Shown: positions 9,449 through 19,217 of the stretch, in pieces
Layout: every line of letters begins with the position of its first letter
Numbering within the stretch: position 1 is the first letter of the stretch
DNA from: a virus
Taxonomy: Duplodnaviria; Caudoviricetes
Direction: 5' to 3' (one strand)
DNA: 64,000 bases
Virus record (IMG/VR): IMGVR_UViG_3300021387_000648
Coordinates: 64,001-128,000 of that record
Program-made: the position numbers and the translations under genes
The notes under the pieces: model-generated
What the model saw: only the letters and a program-made list of their open reading frames with translations
What the model was told of the DNA's origin: nothing
Databases searched by the model: none

Positions 9449-9814
9449 ATGGCGAAAGCTGCGAATCATTCATTCAAGGTCGGCGACATTCTGGCTTCTT
9501 CTTGGGGCTACGAACAGACGAACATCAGCCTGTATCAGGTTGTGGCCTTGAACGGCGCTTCGATGGTGACGGTCAAGCCGTGCCGTCTTCCGGTCAACAA
9601 GGTCCACGCGGTAAGCGGAATGTCTGAGGACATCTCTTTCAAGCTCCCGATGCCGGGAACGATTGTGGCGGATGAGAAAGCGGAGCCGATTCGCCGGAAG
9701 GTCAAGAACTATTACAAGGACAACAGGCCGGAGGGCGATCTGATTGAGATTTCGAGCTACGAGGACGCTCACCACTACAACGGCGAGAAGATGTATCGAA
9801 GCTGGTATGCATGA
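9449..9814 (+). CDS. hypothetical protein
   Basis: GAAGGAG RBS; SWGYEQTNI motif common in phage proteins. Confidence 0.7.
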   Translation: MAKAANHSFKVGDILASSWGYEQTNISLYQVVALNGASMVTVKPCRLPVNKVHAVSGMSEDISFKLPMPGTIVADEKAEPIRRKVKNYYKDNRPEGDLIEISSYEDAHHYNGEKMYRSWYA

Positions 9815-9887
9815 CGGCGAAAGCCGCTTTTCTTCTGCTGGGAAGATGCTTTGAAGCGTTCAAAAGATGATGAACGGAGGGGATACG

Positions 9888-10400
9888 ATGATCTGGACAC
9901 CGACAGAAATCAAGAGCGGGCTTGATGACCGGTTTTGGGACAAGTACCACTCTGAGGATGTGCCGCCGATGGAAGAGCCAGCCGAAACAAAGGCCGGTGA
10001 ACTGCTGAAAGCGGTCGGAATCATCGTCTTCCGGTATTTCAGCTACGGCGAAATGGTCGGCGGAGACTGGGACACGGAGTATGTCAATCCAGCAGCGAGA
10101 TTTATTGCCGAGACTTATCCGGGAACAGAACTCGCCGGAGCAATCAAGGCCATGTGGAAGGTGCAGTGGCACGATACTTACAAGAGCAGCTTGGCGGTCC
10201 TGACGAAAATAGTCATGGATTACTTGGACGACCACAAGGAACTCTTCACGGAGGAAAACGAGTGGGATTGCCTTGAATTCACGGGGCCGGAGGACAAGCC
10301 GGTTGACGATGAAGAGGAAGAAGACGAGGACGAATGGGGCGGCAAAAGCCAGCGAGAAATCGATCTGGCCGAGTATCCGCCGCTGGATTGGAGGAGGTAA
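9888..10400 (+). CDS. hypothetical acidic protein
   Basis: GGAGGG RBS. Confidence 0.65.
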   Translation: MIWTPTEIKSGLDDRFWDKYHSEDVPPMEEPAETKAGELLKAVGIIVFRYFSYGEMVGGDWDTEYVNPAARFIAETYPGTELAGAIKAMWKVQWHDTYKSSLAVLTKIVMDYLDDHKELFTEENEWDCLEFTGPEDKPVDDEEEEDEDEWGGKSQREIDLAEYPPLDWRR

Positions 10401-10404
10401 AGGT

Positions 10405-10728
10405 ATGATCAAAGCGGATGGAATCTGGGCATTTCACGGCACGATGATTTATTCACCGCCGAACCCGAAGTTTCGGAAGGAGATCAAGGGTGACTTCGTT
10501 CACCGGCAGTTCGACGGCGAGGGGTACTGGTACGACGGATGGTCCAGTTATGATGACCGGTTCTGCGAGGTTCACGAAGATCTGAGCGCGGCGGATCTGG
10601 TCGAGGAACTGGAAAAGCGGATTGCGGGCCTGAAGGGGCTTGTGGTTACTGGCGAGAATCTTCCGGAGATTCAGGCGATTATCGATAACACGGAGACGTG
10701 GATCGATGGCGTAAAGGCAAGAATTTGA
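10405..10728 (+). CDS. hypothetical protein
   Basis: GGAGGAGG RBS. Confidence 0.65.
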   Translation: MIKADGIWAFHGTMIYSPPNPKFRKEIKGDFVHRQFDGEGYWYDGWSSYDDRFCEVHEDLSAADLVEELEKRIAGLKGLVVTGENLPEIQAIIDNTETWIDGVKARI

Positions 10729-10752
10729 AAGGGAATGGGACTGATTTAAACT

Positions 10753-11562
10753 GTGATTGGAGCAATTATCGGAGATATCGTTGGATCTCGTTTCGAGTTC
10801 CACAACACAAATACAAAGAAGTTCGAGTTCTTCACGGAGGAATGCCGGTTTACAGATGACACCGTGATGACTCTGGCGGTGGCTGAAAGCCTGATGCGCA
10901 GCAGGAAGAACAACTACAAGGATCTCCCGAACGTGACCGCGCGGACAATGCACGAGATCGGCAGGCGCTATCCTCGTGCCGGGTACGGCGGACGATTCGC
11001 AAGATGGATGTTCTCGGAGATCTGGATTCCGTACAATTCCTGCGGAAACGGCAGCGCGATGCGCATTTCTGCCGTTGGAGATATTGCGGAGTCCGTCGAG
11101 GAAGCCAAGAAACTGTCTGCCGCTGTGACGGAGATCACGCACAATCATCCGGAAGGAATGAAGGGCGCGGAGGCTGCGGCGGTCGCAAAGGTGATGCTCA
11201 AGACTGGCAGCACGCTGAGTCAGGTCGAGAGCTATATCAACGACAACTACTACCGGCTTGACAAAACCGTCAATGAGCTTCGAGAGGAGACGCAGGGCCA
11301 GCATGGAAAAGAAATCTGCCAGGTTACCATGCCGCAGGCTTTCACTTGCCTGTTTGAAGGAACTGACTTTGAGGATGTCATTAGAAATTGCATCTCTATT
11401 GGGGGCGACAGCGATACGATTGCTGCTATTGCCGGTGGTATTGCTGAGGCGGTTTACCCGGTCCCGGTAGAAATGCAGAAGACGGCCAAGAAGTTCCTGA
11501 CGCGGGATCTGAGGGACATCGCTGCAAGATGGGAGAGGTTCACCGGTGGTAAAGAAGGCTAA
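10753..11562 (+). CDS. ADP-ribosylglycohydrolase (DraG/ARH family)
   Basis: GAIIGDIVGS, FTDDT, GNGSAMR, GGDSDTIAAIAG. Confidence 0.92.
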   Translation: MIGAIIGDIVGSRFEFHNTNTKKFEFFTEECRFTDDTVMTLAVAESLMRSRKNNYKDLPNVTARTMHEIGRRYPRAGYGGRFARWMFSEIWIPYNSCGNGSAMRISAVGDIAESVEEAKKLSAAVTEITHNHPEGMKGAEAAAVAKVMLKTGSTLSQVESYINDNYYRLDKTVNELREETQGQHGKEICQVTMPQAFTCLFEGTDFEDVIRNCISIGGDSDTIAAIAGGIAEAVYPVPVEMQKTAKKFLTRDLRDIAARWERFTGGKEG

Positions 11563-11797
11563 GGTTATTGAGCAGTATCAGGTCAACTTATACTGCGACA
11601 AGTGCGGAAAGAGAATCGATAAGTATTCTCAATTCCTGACGACATATCCTCCACAGTACGTATACCAATGCGAGTGCGGGTGGGAAACTACCACTACCGA
11701 TGTATACCCGCACACGGTTGTAGTGTTCGATGAGACAAATGCCGAGATCCTGCAGGATAAAGTCATTGAGATGTATTCTGGAAATGAAAATCAGTAA
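11546..11797 (+). CDS. hypothetical Zn-ribbon protein
   Basis: CDKCG...CECG. Confidence 0.6.
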   Translation: MVKKAKVIEQYQVNLYCDKCGKRIDKYSQFLTTYPPQYVYQCECGWETTTTDVYPHTVVVFDETNAEILQDKVIEMYSGNENQ

Positions 11798-12041
11798 AAC
11801 AGTTACGAAGACCTACAAGATTTCTTCCATACAGTATTGGGGAAAGTACGGTGAGTTTGTAAAACAGCGCAAAGAAGTGTTCGGCGGCGACGGCAAGATG
11901 AAGAAACTCTGCAAGTGCTTCAACTGCGGACACAGGTTTTCCGACGACGAGGATATCAATGCTGCGTTCATGATCAGGCACCAGAATGTGTTCGTCTGCA
12001 ACGAGTGTGCGAACAAGTTGCGTGGAGAAAACGAAGAGTAA
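11784..12041 (+). CDS. hypothetical Zn-finger protein
   Basis: CFNCG...CNEC. Confidence 0.6.
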   Translation: MKISKTVTKTYKISSIQYWGKYGEFVKQRKEVFGGDGKMKKLCKCFNCGHRFSDDEDINAAFMIRHQNVFVCNECANKLRGENEE

Positions 12042-12049
12042 GAAAAACC

Positions 12050-12317
12050 GGAGGGTGCGCCCTTGACGACCTTTTGTCCTTTCATCGTCGGGGTGGAGAA
12101 AAGTAATGAACGTAATAACTTAAAGCACCGCGAACCGCAGGCGTGACGCGGACACGTAAAGACAGAAAGCGGGTCCTCCCAAAAATCCTTACAGAAGATG
12201 AACAGGGCGTGATAGGGGCCTGTGAGTAATCCGAAACGCCTTCTGCCTGCAAGCGCCGGTCAGTTTTGAACGGTCTGACCGGCAAACAGTTCTGGATGGT
12301 GCACAATCCAGAACTGT
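12050..12317 (+). ncRNA. candidate structured RNA(s) upstream of the tRNA-Leu pair
   Basis: GGAGGG(12050)/TCCTCC(12179) closing stem; perfect hairpins at 12255-12283 (9 bp) and 12286-12317 (12 bp). Confidence 0.4.
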
Positions 12318-12324
12318 CATATAT

Positions 12325-12409
12325 GTGCCTGTGGTGGAACTGGTATTCACATCCGATTTAAGATCGGACGCCAAAAGGATTGAGAGTTCGAATCTCTCCG
12401 GGCACACCA
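12325..12409 (+). tRNA. tRNA-Leu(TAA)
   Basis: Cloverleaf, TCCGA-TTTAAGA-TCGGA, GTTCGAATC, CCA end. Confidence 0.92.
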
Positions 12410-12412
12410 CAA

Positions 12413-12489
12413 GCTTCCGTGCTGCAACCGGTAGACAGGGGCGGCTCAAACCCGTTTGTTTCCGAGTTCGAATCTCGGCGGAAGCACCA
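12413..12489 (+). tRNA. tRNA-Leu(CAA), short variable loop
   Basis: GGCGG-CTCAAAC-CCGTT, T-arm, ACCA end. Confidence 0.85.
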
Positions 12490-12513
12490 ATCAATTAGAA
12501 AAGGAGAGACAAG

Positions 12514-13158
12514 ATGGCAGTAGACATCCAGAAAGCGAAAGACGAATTCAGCATGATCTATGATCGCATCGAAAGAGATGGGGCTATGGCGCTGTATGAC
12601 TGGATGGAAAACGAGACAGACTTTTTCGTTGCTCCGGCAAGCAGCAAGTACCATCTTTGCGAACCGGGCGGATTGTGCCAGCACAGCATCAACGTATACA
12701 ACCGGCTCAAGATGTTCCTTGACTGTGAGTACGGCAAAAACAATCCTTACAGTGAAGAAACAATCGCAATTGTTTCGTTGCTGCACGACCTGTGTAAGAC
12801 CGGATTCTACGAAATGGACTGGAAAAACCAGAAAAACTACGATTCGGAAGTTGTCCGCAATGCGCCTCCAAAAGAGAGAAAGAGCGATAACAGGGGAGAG
12901 TTCATCTGGGAGAGTGTTCCCACCTACACGATCCGCGAGCAATTCATCTATGGTCACGGCGAGAAGAGCGTTTATCTGGTCCGCAACTATATGAATCTGA
13001 CGGACGAAGAGGCTCAGGCGATCCGGTTTCACATGGGAAGCTTCACCGAAGCCGACAAGAACAATGTTGGCAAGGTTTACGCCCAAAGCCCTCTGGCCTT
13101 CTACCTGAATATGGCGGATGGAGCCGCAACCTTCTTGGATGAGCCGAGGGGTGAGTGA
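12514..13158 (+). CDS. HD-domain phosphohydrolase (YhaM-like)
   Basis: APASSKYH...GGL..HS, LLHDLCK, HGEKS, IRFHMG. Confidence 0.85.
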   Translation: MAVDIQKAKDEFSMIYDRIERDGAMALYDWMENETDFFVAPASSKYHLCEPGGLCQHSINVYNRLKMFLDCEYGKNNPYSEETIAIVSLLHDLCKTGFYEMDWKNQKNYDSEVVRNAPPKERKSDNRGEFIWESVPTYTIREQFIYGHGEKSVYLVRNYMNLTDEEAQAIRFHMGSFTEADKNNVGKVYAQSPLAFYLNMADGAATFLDEPRGE

Positions 13159-13472
13159 TGGAAATTCCGGAAGCAAAGTCACTTAGATGGCTGGCAAATA
13201 TGTTCCCGTATACAGAAGGAGCGGTGGATCAGGTCGACAAAATGAGCAACTGCATCCATCTGTATGCGACGAACGGTGCGAACAAGATTGACGAACTGGC
13301 GAACAGAAAGCAGGGAACGTGGATCTATAACACAGACGGATGGACTCCACACCTTCGGTGTTCGGAATGCGGATTCAACTTTCCGGTTGTTGCTGCCGAA
13401 GATGGAGATCCTACGCCGAGAAAGTTTTGCTCCAACTGCGGAGCTCCCATGATGGAAGGAGAACTGATATGA
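13155..13472 (+). CDS. hypothetical Zn-ribbon protein
   Basis: CSECG...FCSNCGAPM. Confidence 0.65.
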   Translation: MMEIPEAKSLRWLANMFPYTEGAVDQVDKMSNCIHLYATNGANKIDELANRKQGTWIYNTDGWTPHLRCSECGFNFPVVAAEDGDPTPRKFCSNCGAPMMEGELI

Positions 13473-13879
13473 CCGCAAAAGAGATGGCGGAAATCCTCAA
13501 TGGCCGGGAATACGGCATGGAGGTAGATTCAGACGACAAAGCTGCAGCGAAAGCCAGCGGACTTGTGATCGTCTACGGGTACTCGGATGACTGCGCGGAA
13601 CTGGAAGGAGCGATCGATGACGAGGTGTCCTGCTACGATGGCGGCGGGTTCTCTGTCACCAAAGACCGCGTTTGGAACGGTCCGGATTGCGGCAACGACA
13701 GGTGCGAGTTCTACCAAGCCGCAAAGAAGGAAGCCAAATTAATTACTGCGGTTTGGTGTGATCCGGAATCTGGGGCGTCTTGGTCATACAAGACGGATAT
13801 CCCGCACGAGACCTTCAACATCTACGAAGACGGAGAACTGTTTTGTATCGGAATCGTATTCAGCATAGACGACCTGTAA
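13469..13879 (+). CDS. conserved phage hypothetical protein
   Basis: LNGREY, GYSDD, TDIPHETF motifs; RBS. Confidence 0.7.
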   Translation: MTAKEMAEILNGREYGMEVDSDDKAAAKASGLVIVYGYSDDCAELEGAIDDEVSCYDGGGFSVTKDRVWNGPDCGNDRCEFYQAAKKEAKLITAVWCDPESGASWSYKTDIPHETFNIYEDGELFCIGIVFSIDDL

Positions 13880-14107
13880 ACTGGCTGACGGAGCGGCAAA
13901 GGCAATATCTGGAAAGAGCCTGCCAAGCAGCCGGTCTGGCTCTTCCAAAGAATCCGGATACGATGCTCTTGCGCGGCGGTTCAAGGGGCGGCGGAAAGCT
14001 TTTCTTCAAATGGGCTTATGAGGCAGGAATTGAGAATCCGATGCTGATAAACGTCCTGACGGAAGAGGGCATGGAATTGAGAAAAAAGATACTTGGAGAT
14101 TTGTGAG

Positions 14108-15121
14108 GTGATAGCTACGAAGAAAGGAAAAGAGGTCCCGGTGATCCGGGACATGACGGAAGCGCAGACAAGGGAAATGTTCTATCGATGCGAGCCAATG
14201 CTGATCGGCTACGGCGGAAGTATCGCTTACGGGACGAATCTGCCGACTTCAGACGTGGATATTCGCGGGATCTACATGAATCCTCTGGATGAGTTTATCG
14301 GATGCCGTCCTGTATCGGAGCAGTACTGCCCATCGGGAACGGATATCACAATCTACAGCCTGAAGAAAATGATGCATCTGCTTTTGCAGTGCAATCCGAA
14401 CGTGATTGAAATTCTCGGGCTGAGGCCGGAGCACTACCTGTACAAAACCGAAGAAGGCCAGATGTTGGTGGACAACGCGGAAATCTTTCTGTCCAAGCAC
14501 GCGGCTTACACCTTCGGAAACTATGCAAAGTCGCAGTTGAACCGCCTGATGAACAAGTCCGGACGGGCAAACGATCAGGTGGTCTCGAACGAGGTCAGGT
14601 CCATTTCCAAAACGCTGAGCTCGATCCGCAAAAGGGAAGGCCTGCAAAACATCCGAATTGATGAGGTGGACGGCGTGCCGGTTCTGACCATCAATGAGTC
14701 TATGCCGATTGACAAGTTTGCCAGCATAACCAACGAGATCAATAACGTTCACTTGGACTACAAGTCCAGTTCCCGCAACCGCAAGGCCGTGGAGCACAGC
14801 AAACTGGCAAAGCATATGATGCATCTGCTGCGTCTGTACATGATGGGCATTGACATCTTGGAATCCCACAAGATCGTCACATATCGCGAGGCGGAGCACG
14901 ACCTTCTCATGGACATCCGCAACGGGAAGTACCTGAAAGAAGACAAGACCACGCCGACTGCTGAGTTCGACGAGCTTCTGGCGGATTACACGGCGCGGTT
15001 TGAAAAGGCGGTTGAGGAGACAACGCTTCCGAAGCGACCGGACACGGATAAGGCCAATGAACTGATGATGCGGCTTGTCTGCATGCACTATGACGGACTG
15101 TCAGGAGGAACGACACGATGA
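14108..15121 (+). CDS. nucleotidyltransferase (Pol-beta superfamily, YcgL/RlaP-like)
   Basis: GGSIAYGTNLPTSDVDIRG, CNPNVIEIL, KHMMHLLRL. Confidence 0.85.
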   Translation: MIATKKGKEVPVIRDMTEAQTREMFYRCEPMLIGYGGSIAYGTNLPTSDVDIRGIYMNPLDEFIGCRPVSEQYCPSGTDITIYSLKKMMHLLLQCNPNVIEILGLRPEHYLYKTEEGQMLVDNAEIFLSKHAAYTFGNYAKSQLNRLMNKSGRANDQVVSNEVRSISKTLSSIRKREGLQNIRIDEVDGVPVLTINESMPIDKFASITNEINNVHLDYKSSSRNRKAVEHSKLAKHMMHLLRLYMMGIDILESHKIVTYREAEHDLLMDIRNGKYLKEDKTTPTAEFDELLADYTARFEKAVEETTLPKRPDTDKANELMMRLVCMHYDGLSGGTTR

Positions 15122-15759
15122 CGGATATTGATAAGTTGAAAGAAGAATACAAGAATGTCAGAGCCGTATTCGGAGCTTTCAAGTGCCGTTTGGACGCGGC
15201 AATTCAGAAAGCGGAGTGTATCGCCAACGCGGAAGAAATCGCCTACCAGAAAGGATATGAAAGCGGCAAAGCTGAGGCAGAAATCCGGTTGCTCGATGAA
15301 AACGGCGAATGGGCCAAAAAGCTGAAGCAGACAGCCTATCAGAAAGGCACCCGGGACGGAAACGCCGAAGGCGCTCTGGCGGCGTGGGATATTGCCACGA
15401 TCATTGTGACGCCGGAGGAAGATGGTGGAACGATTCCGACAAAGGACCTGAGAGAACTGTTCGATGTCGAATGTGACTATGAGGTTTTCAAACGGTATAC
15501 TCCGAGCGAGGCTCTGGCAAAGCTTCAGGAGTACGACAAACAGATCCGGGTCGGAGATGAGGTCATTGCGGAAGGTGACGCAAAGTATATTGTCACGCAG
15601 ATCAAGAACAATGACGGATGCAAAACATACTCCGGCATCAATTCCGATGGAGAGACGTTTTGCTATTTTGAGACGGACGGCGTAACCAAGACAGGAAAAC
15701 ACATAGATCTCTCCAAAATGTTTTCTTCCATCCGGGAGGAATCAGAAAAGAATGAATGA
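15118..15759 (+). CDS. hypothetical protein
   Basis: AGGAGG RBS. Confidence 0.65.
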   Translation: MTDIDKLKEEYKNVRAVFGAFKCRLDAAIQKAECIANAEEIAYQKGYESGKAEAEIRLLDENGEWAKKLKQTAYQKGTRDGNAEGALAAWDIATIIVTPEEDGGTIPTKDLRELFDVECDYEVFKRYTPSEALAKLQEYDKQIRVGDEVIAEGDAKYIVTQIKNNDGCKTYSGINSDGETFCYFETDGVTKTGKHIDLSKMFSSIREESEKNE

Positions 15760-16678
15760 GTATTACCGGAATCTGTTTCGCGCGATTTCGGCGAACGACC
15801 TTCCCAAAACAAGGGCCTATGCTCAGGTAATTCTCCGGACGAACAGCACGGCAAAAGACGCCCAGTTCTGCGAAAATATTTTGCAGAAGATGGATGATCA
15901 GGACAAAGCCGGACCGGAGATCCCGTATAACCTGAAGGGGGTTATTCGGACAAGCAGTTCCCCATTCGGATTTCATGCAGACAGGTACTATCTTTCTCCG
16001 CGTGAGAAAACGGTAATCGAACACATCAAGAAGATGTATCAGGTGTCCGGGAAGCTCGCTGAGCTTGGAATCAGATACACCAATGCGGTTCTTCTGCATG
16101 GAGAATCCGGAACCGGTAAGACTACCTTCGCGCAGTACGCTGCAATCTTGCTTGGGCTTCCGTTCTTCTATGTGAGCATCACGCAACTGATCGACTCCTA
16201 CATGGGCAAGACGGGTCAGAACTTGGAGAATGTCTTCGAGTTTGCAAACTCACAGCCGTGTGTCCTCGTCCTGGACGAGATTGATCAGATCGGCTCCAAA
16301 AGGCGGGATGACGGCGGTGTGTCCGGAGAGATAAAGCGTGTGCTGATTACGATTCTGCAGAACATGGACAGACTCCCGAATCATGTTGTTCTGGTCGCCG
16401 CGACAAACCGCCCGGACTCATTGGATGATGCTCTTGTTCGCCGCTTTGCGGTCAAGCACGAAATCACCCGCCTGAATTTAGAAGAAAGCGAGGCTTTTGT
16501 CAGTCGGTACATGTCAAGTCTCGGCTTGGGGTGGGCAGGCTCCGTCAGAGCGTTCCTTTTGTCTTTGGGTGCAGACAAATGGAACTACACACCAGCTGAG
16601 CTTTCCCAGCATTTAAATGAAAAGATTGCCGAGGCGATCTACACGGGCGAGCCGGACCCGACGATTTATCTGAATTGA
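15752..16678 (+). CDS. AAA+ ATPase
   Basis: GESGTGKT, VLDEID, AATNR, ALVRRF. Confidence 0.9.
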   Translation: MNEYYRNLFRAISANDLPKTRAYAQVILRTNSTAKDAQFCENILQKMDDQDKAGPEIPYNLKGVIRTSSSPFGFHADRYYLSPREKTVIEHIKKMYQVSGKLAELGIRYTNAVLLHGESGTGKTTFAQYAAILLGLPFFYVSITQLIDSYMGKTGQNLENVFEFANSQPCVLVLDEIDQIGSKRRDDGGVSGEIKRVLITILQNMDRLPNHVVLVAATNRPDSLDDALVRRFAVKHEITRLNLEESEAFVSRYMSSLGLGWAGSVRAFLLSLGADKWNYTPAELSQHLNEKIAEAIYTGEPDPTIYLN

Positions 16679-16691
16679 GGAGGACGGACAG

Positions 16692-16967
16692 ATGAGGCGA
16701 AAGATTGCCAAGCGTCTGAAGAGGGAAATCGTCAGAATGGGGGCCGTCATCCAAAAAGACGGTTGGGATGTTCCGAGGAAAAGCGTCCCGAGAAAAGAGA
16801 ACGGCTACATCTTTAAAGTCATGTATCGGGGCTGGTCCATATTCGCAGCCGGTGAAGATGAACTGGAATCCTTCAGAATGGTCCTGGACGTCATGGAGCA
16901 CGACTGCGAAGAGATTTTTGTTCGCGAAAATAAAACCGATGGAGGAAACCAAGATGACCAAAGTTGA
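16692..16967 (+). CDS. hypothetical protein
   Basis: GAGGAGG RBS. Confidence 0.6.
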   Translation: MRRKIAKRLKREIVRMGAVIQKDGWDVPRKSVPRKENGYIFKVMYRGWSIFAAGEDELESFRMVLDVMEHDCEEIFVRENKTDGGNQDDQS

Positions 16968-17238
16968 GCAGCATGCTAAGGTCTGCAAGGAACTGAATGA
17001 GCTTTACAGCAGAAAGAATTCTGATTACGGAGATTCTTTCGGCAAGAGCTATGAGGAGTTTGGCCCGGTTATGGCGGCAATCCGGATGGGCGACAAGCTC
17101 AATCGATACAAGGCTCTGATCAAGGGGCGTCAGCAAGTCAATGACGAAAGCGTCAGGGACACCCTGATTGATCTTGCCAACTATGCTGTCATGACGGTTG
17201 TGGAGATGGATCTGCAAGCGAAGGGCGGCGAAACATGA
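16954..17238 (+). CDS. DUF1599 / nucleotide-modification-associated domain protein
   Basis: KNSDYGDSF...RMGDKLNR...DTLIDLANYAVM. Confidence 0.8.
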   Translation: MTKVEQHAKVCKELNELYSRKNSDYGDSFGKSYEEFGPVMAAIRMGDKLNRYKALIKGRQQVNDESVRDTLIDLANYAVMTVVEMDLQAKGGET

Positions 17239-17663
17239 CCGAAACAGAGACCAGCCGAGATCCGGTCGTCGGACGCCTTGACAAGGCCACGCTCGACACG
17301 CTGAGAATGGTGTACAAAAAAGGCACCAAAGTGGTAGCAATCAAGGTCTTTGGGTTTCCTTCCGGGAAGATCGGATACGTGAAAGAGGTCCTTCCAAACG
17401 GAAACATCAAACTCACGTGGGAGTCCGGAGAGGACACCGAGATCATATACGGGAAAGAAAGCATCCGGGAATTCACTGCTGGAAAGTGCATCTTGAAACG
17501 AGACAAGGAAGAGGCGGAAGGCGGCTGCGATGACTTCGTGTGCGAGCGCTGCGGATGGAACATCGATGTCGCCGAAGCACGTCTCCAAAGAATCCGAAAC
17601 GATGAGATGCATAGAAACCCGGACGGCACAAAAAGCCTCAGAGTCCAGAGCGCGAGAGTGTGA
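17235..17663 (+). CDS. hypothetical protein (DUF4314-like N-terminus)
   Basis: LRMVYKKGTKV...I.LTWESG pattern. Confidence 0.55.
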   Translation: MTETETSRDPVVGRLDKATLDTLRMVYKKGTKVVAIKVFGFPSGKIGYVKEVLPNGNIKLTWESGEDTEIIYGKESIREFTAGKCILKRDKEEAEGGCDDFVCERCGWNIDVAEARLQRIRNDEMHRNPDGTKSLRVQSARV

Positions 17664-17671
17664 TTTTGGGG

Positions 17672-17700
17672 TTGACTCAGGTCTAATTTTAGTGTATAAT
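17672..17700 (+). promoter_or_regulatory. sigma70/SigA promoter with degenerate box
   Basis: TTGACT-17-TATAAT. Confidence 0.75.
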
Positions 17701-17745
17701 TCGATTATACCAAAAAGCATTTGATGAAAGCTGCACAGTTCACTC

Positions 17746-17803
17746 TTTGTTCATGAAAGTGACACCTTGCCGTGTTAAAATGACTATGATGGAGAAAGTG
17801 TAG
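17746..17803 (+). repeat. 58-bp regulatory repeat, copy 1 (promoter-like)
   Basis: Near-identical to 37547-37604; ATGAAA-17-TAAAAT with TG extension. Confidence 0.7.
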
Positions 17804-17871
17804 ATACACTCCGAGATAGTAATTGAACGCGGCTGAGAGAAGCCGCGTTTTCCTTTTTTGAGGTGAGCGCG

Positions 17872-18570
17872 ATGATTGACAAAAGAGCGATCCGAAGGTA
17901 TCATAAACGGGTAGATTCGAGACTTGCAGCGAGAGGCAAACGGTTCGACGGGAACCGGTGGGAAGAAGACAAACACCCGAGAGCGAAGGACGGAAAGTTC
18001 GCCTCCGGGAACGGCGGACCATCAAAACAGAGCGAGAGCAAGCCAGCGGCGAATGCGGCAGGCTCGGCAAAGGCGGTTGCAAAATCGAGGATCGAGCTTG
18101 ACGGACCGTCTGGAAGCAAGGGCTTTGCTGACAAGTACATGGCGTCGCATCCCGATGTCGCAAAGGAGGCCTCGAAATACAGGGGCGTCCTGAACAAGGT
18201 AAAAACCTTCAAGGCGGACGAGGACGGAACCTTCAGCGCAACAACCGGAGAAAGGCTTGACCTGACCGAAGGGTTCTGCGTTACCTTCCACCAAAACCTG
18301 AAGATCGGCGACGAGTACGGCGCTTATGATGACGACACGTATTCCAAGATGTGTGCCATTACGAAGCACGAACTCAAGTCCAGCGATGTCTACATCGGCT
18401 ATTACGGGAATCCGGAAGTTTCGTTCAATTGCCCGGATGAGAAAACGGCGATGGACTTTGCGATCAAGCATAACCAGAAGTCGATTTACAACTGCAAGAC
18501 CGGAAAGACCATTCTGAATAAGCACTACAATCCGGAGACAAATCCGATAGAGGGCGATAACGATGGCTAA
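17872..18570 (+). CDS. putative virion cargo protein with Arg-rich leader
   Basis: AIRRYHKRVDSRLAARGKRFDG leader, then WEEDKHPRAKDGKF motif. Confidence 0.7.
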   Translation: MIDKRAIRRYHKRVDSRLAARGKRFDGNRWEEDKHPRAKDGKFASGNGGPSKQSESKPAANAAGSAKAVAKSRIELDGPSGSKGFADKYMASHPDVAKEASKYRGVLNKVKTFKADEDGTFSATTGERLDLTEGFCVTFHQNLKIGDEYGAYDDDTYSKMCAITKHELKSSDVYIGYYGNPEVSFNCPDEKTAMDFAIKHNQKSIYNCKTGKTILNKHYNPETNPIEGDNDG

Positions 18571-18862
18571 GATCGATATTGGAAAACTGAATGAATCCGT
18601 TTCATCCTTTGTGGAAAACCCGCATTGGAAGAAGTATCTGGAAGAAGCTCCGTCCGGCGAGTGCAAGGCGTACATCAAACTGAACTTCTATCTCAGTGAC
18701 ATCGAATCAGACGGCCCGGAGAAAGACGCGGTGATCGACAAGATGAACGCCTACGAGGACAAGCTTGGCCTTGCAGACTGGAAGCACCTGCTGAAATACG
18801 CAGGGAACAATCCCTTCGCCGGTAAGTGCAAGAAGCGGATTGCAGAGCTCTCGGAACAATAA
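18563..18862 (+). CDS. hypothetical protein (possible partner/immunity)
   Basis: Coupled downstream of the cargo gene. Confidence 0.6.
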   Translation: MAKIDIGKLNESVSSFVENPHWKKYLEEAPSGECKAYIKLNFYLSDIESDGPEKDAVIDKMNAYEDKLGLADWKHLLKYAGNNPFAGKCKKRIAELSEQ

Positions 18863-18912
18863 ACGATACGGGTTGGTAAACCCCGGTATGAAAAACCGAA
18901 AGCTTCCAATAT

Positions 18913-18988
18913 TGCGGCGTGGTAGCAGTGGTAGCTCGCTGCCCTCATAAGGCAGAGGTCGTTGGTCCAAATCCAACCGCCGCAACCA
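18913..18988 (+). tRNA. tRNA-Met(CAT)
   Basis: CTGCC-CTCATAA-GGCAG, ACCA end. Confidence 0.88.
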
Positions 18989-18993
18989 TAAGG

Positions 18994-19130
18994 TCGGGCA
19001 GCTCCCGAATGATCTCAGTAGCTTGTCGGTGTGCCTGAGAGAGAATAACAAAGGCCTTTCTGAAAACTCCTTGCGCGTGAACGGTCGTGCGCAGGCTGGG
19101 GCGCGAGTGAGATAATCTAAGAAAGGAAAC
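18994..19130 (+). ncRNA. candidate structured RNA (motif repeated at 20880; possibly skipping-rope-like)
   Basis: TCGGG-CAGCT-CCCGA ATGAT CTCAG...CTGAG AGAGAATA. Confidence 0.45.
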
Positions 19131-19140
19131 CGCACAATAC

Positions 19141-19217
19141 AGCCCTGTGGTGCAGTTGGTGAACACGTCGGCCTGTCACGCCGAAGATCGCGGGTTCAAG
19201 TCCCGTCAGGGTTGCCA
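19141..19217 (+). tRNA. tRNA-Asp(GTC)
   Basis: TCGGC-CTGTCAC-GCCGA, GCCA end. Confidence 0.92.
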
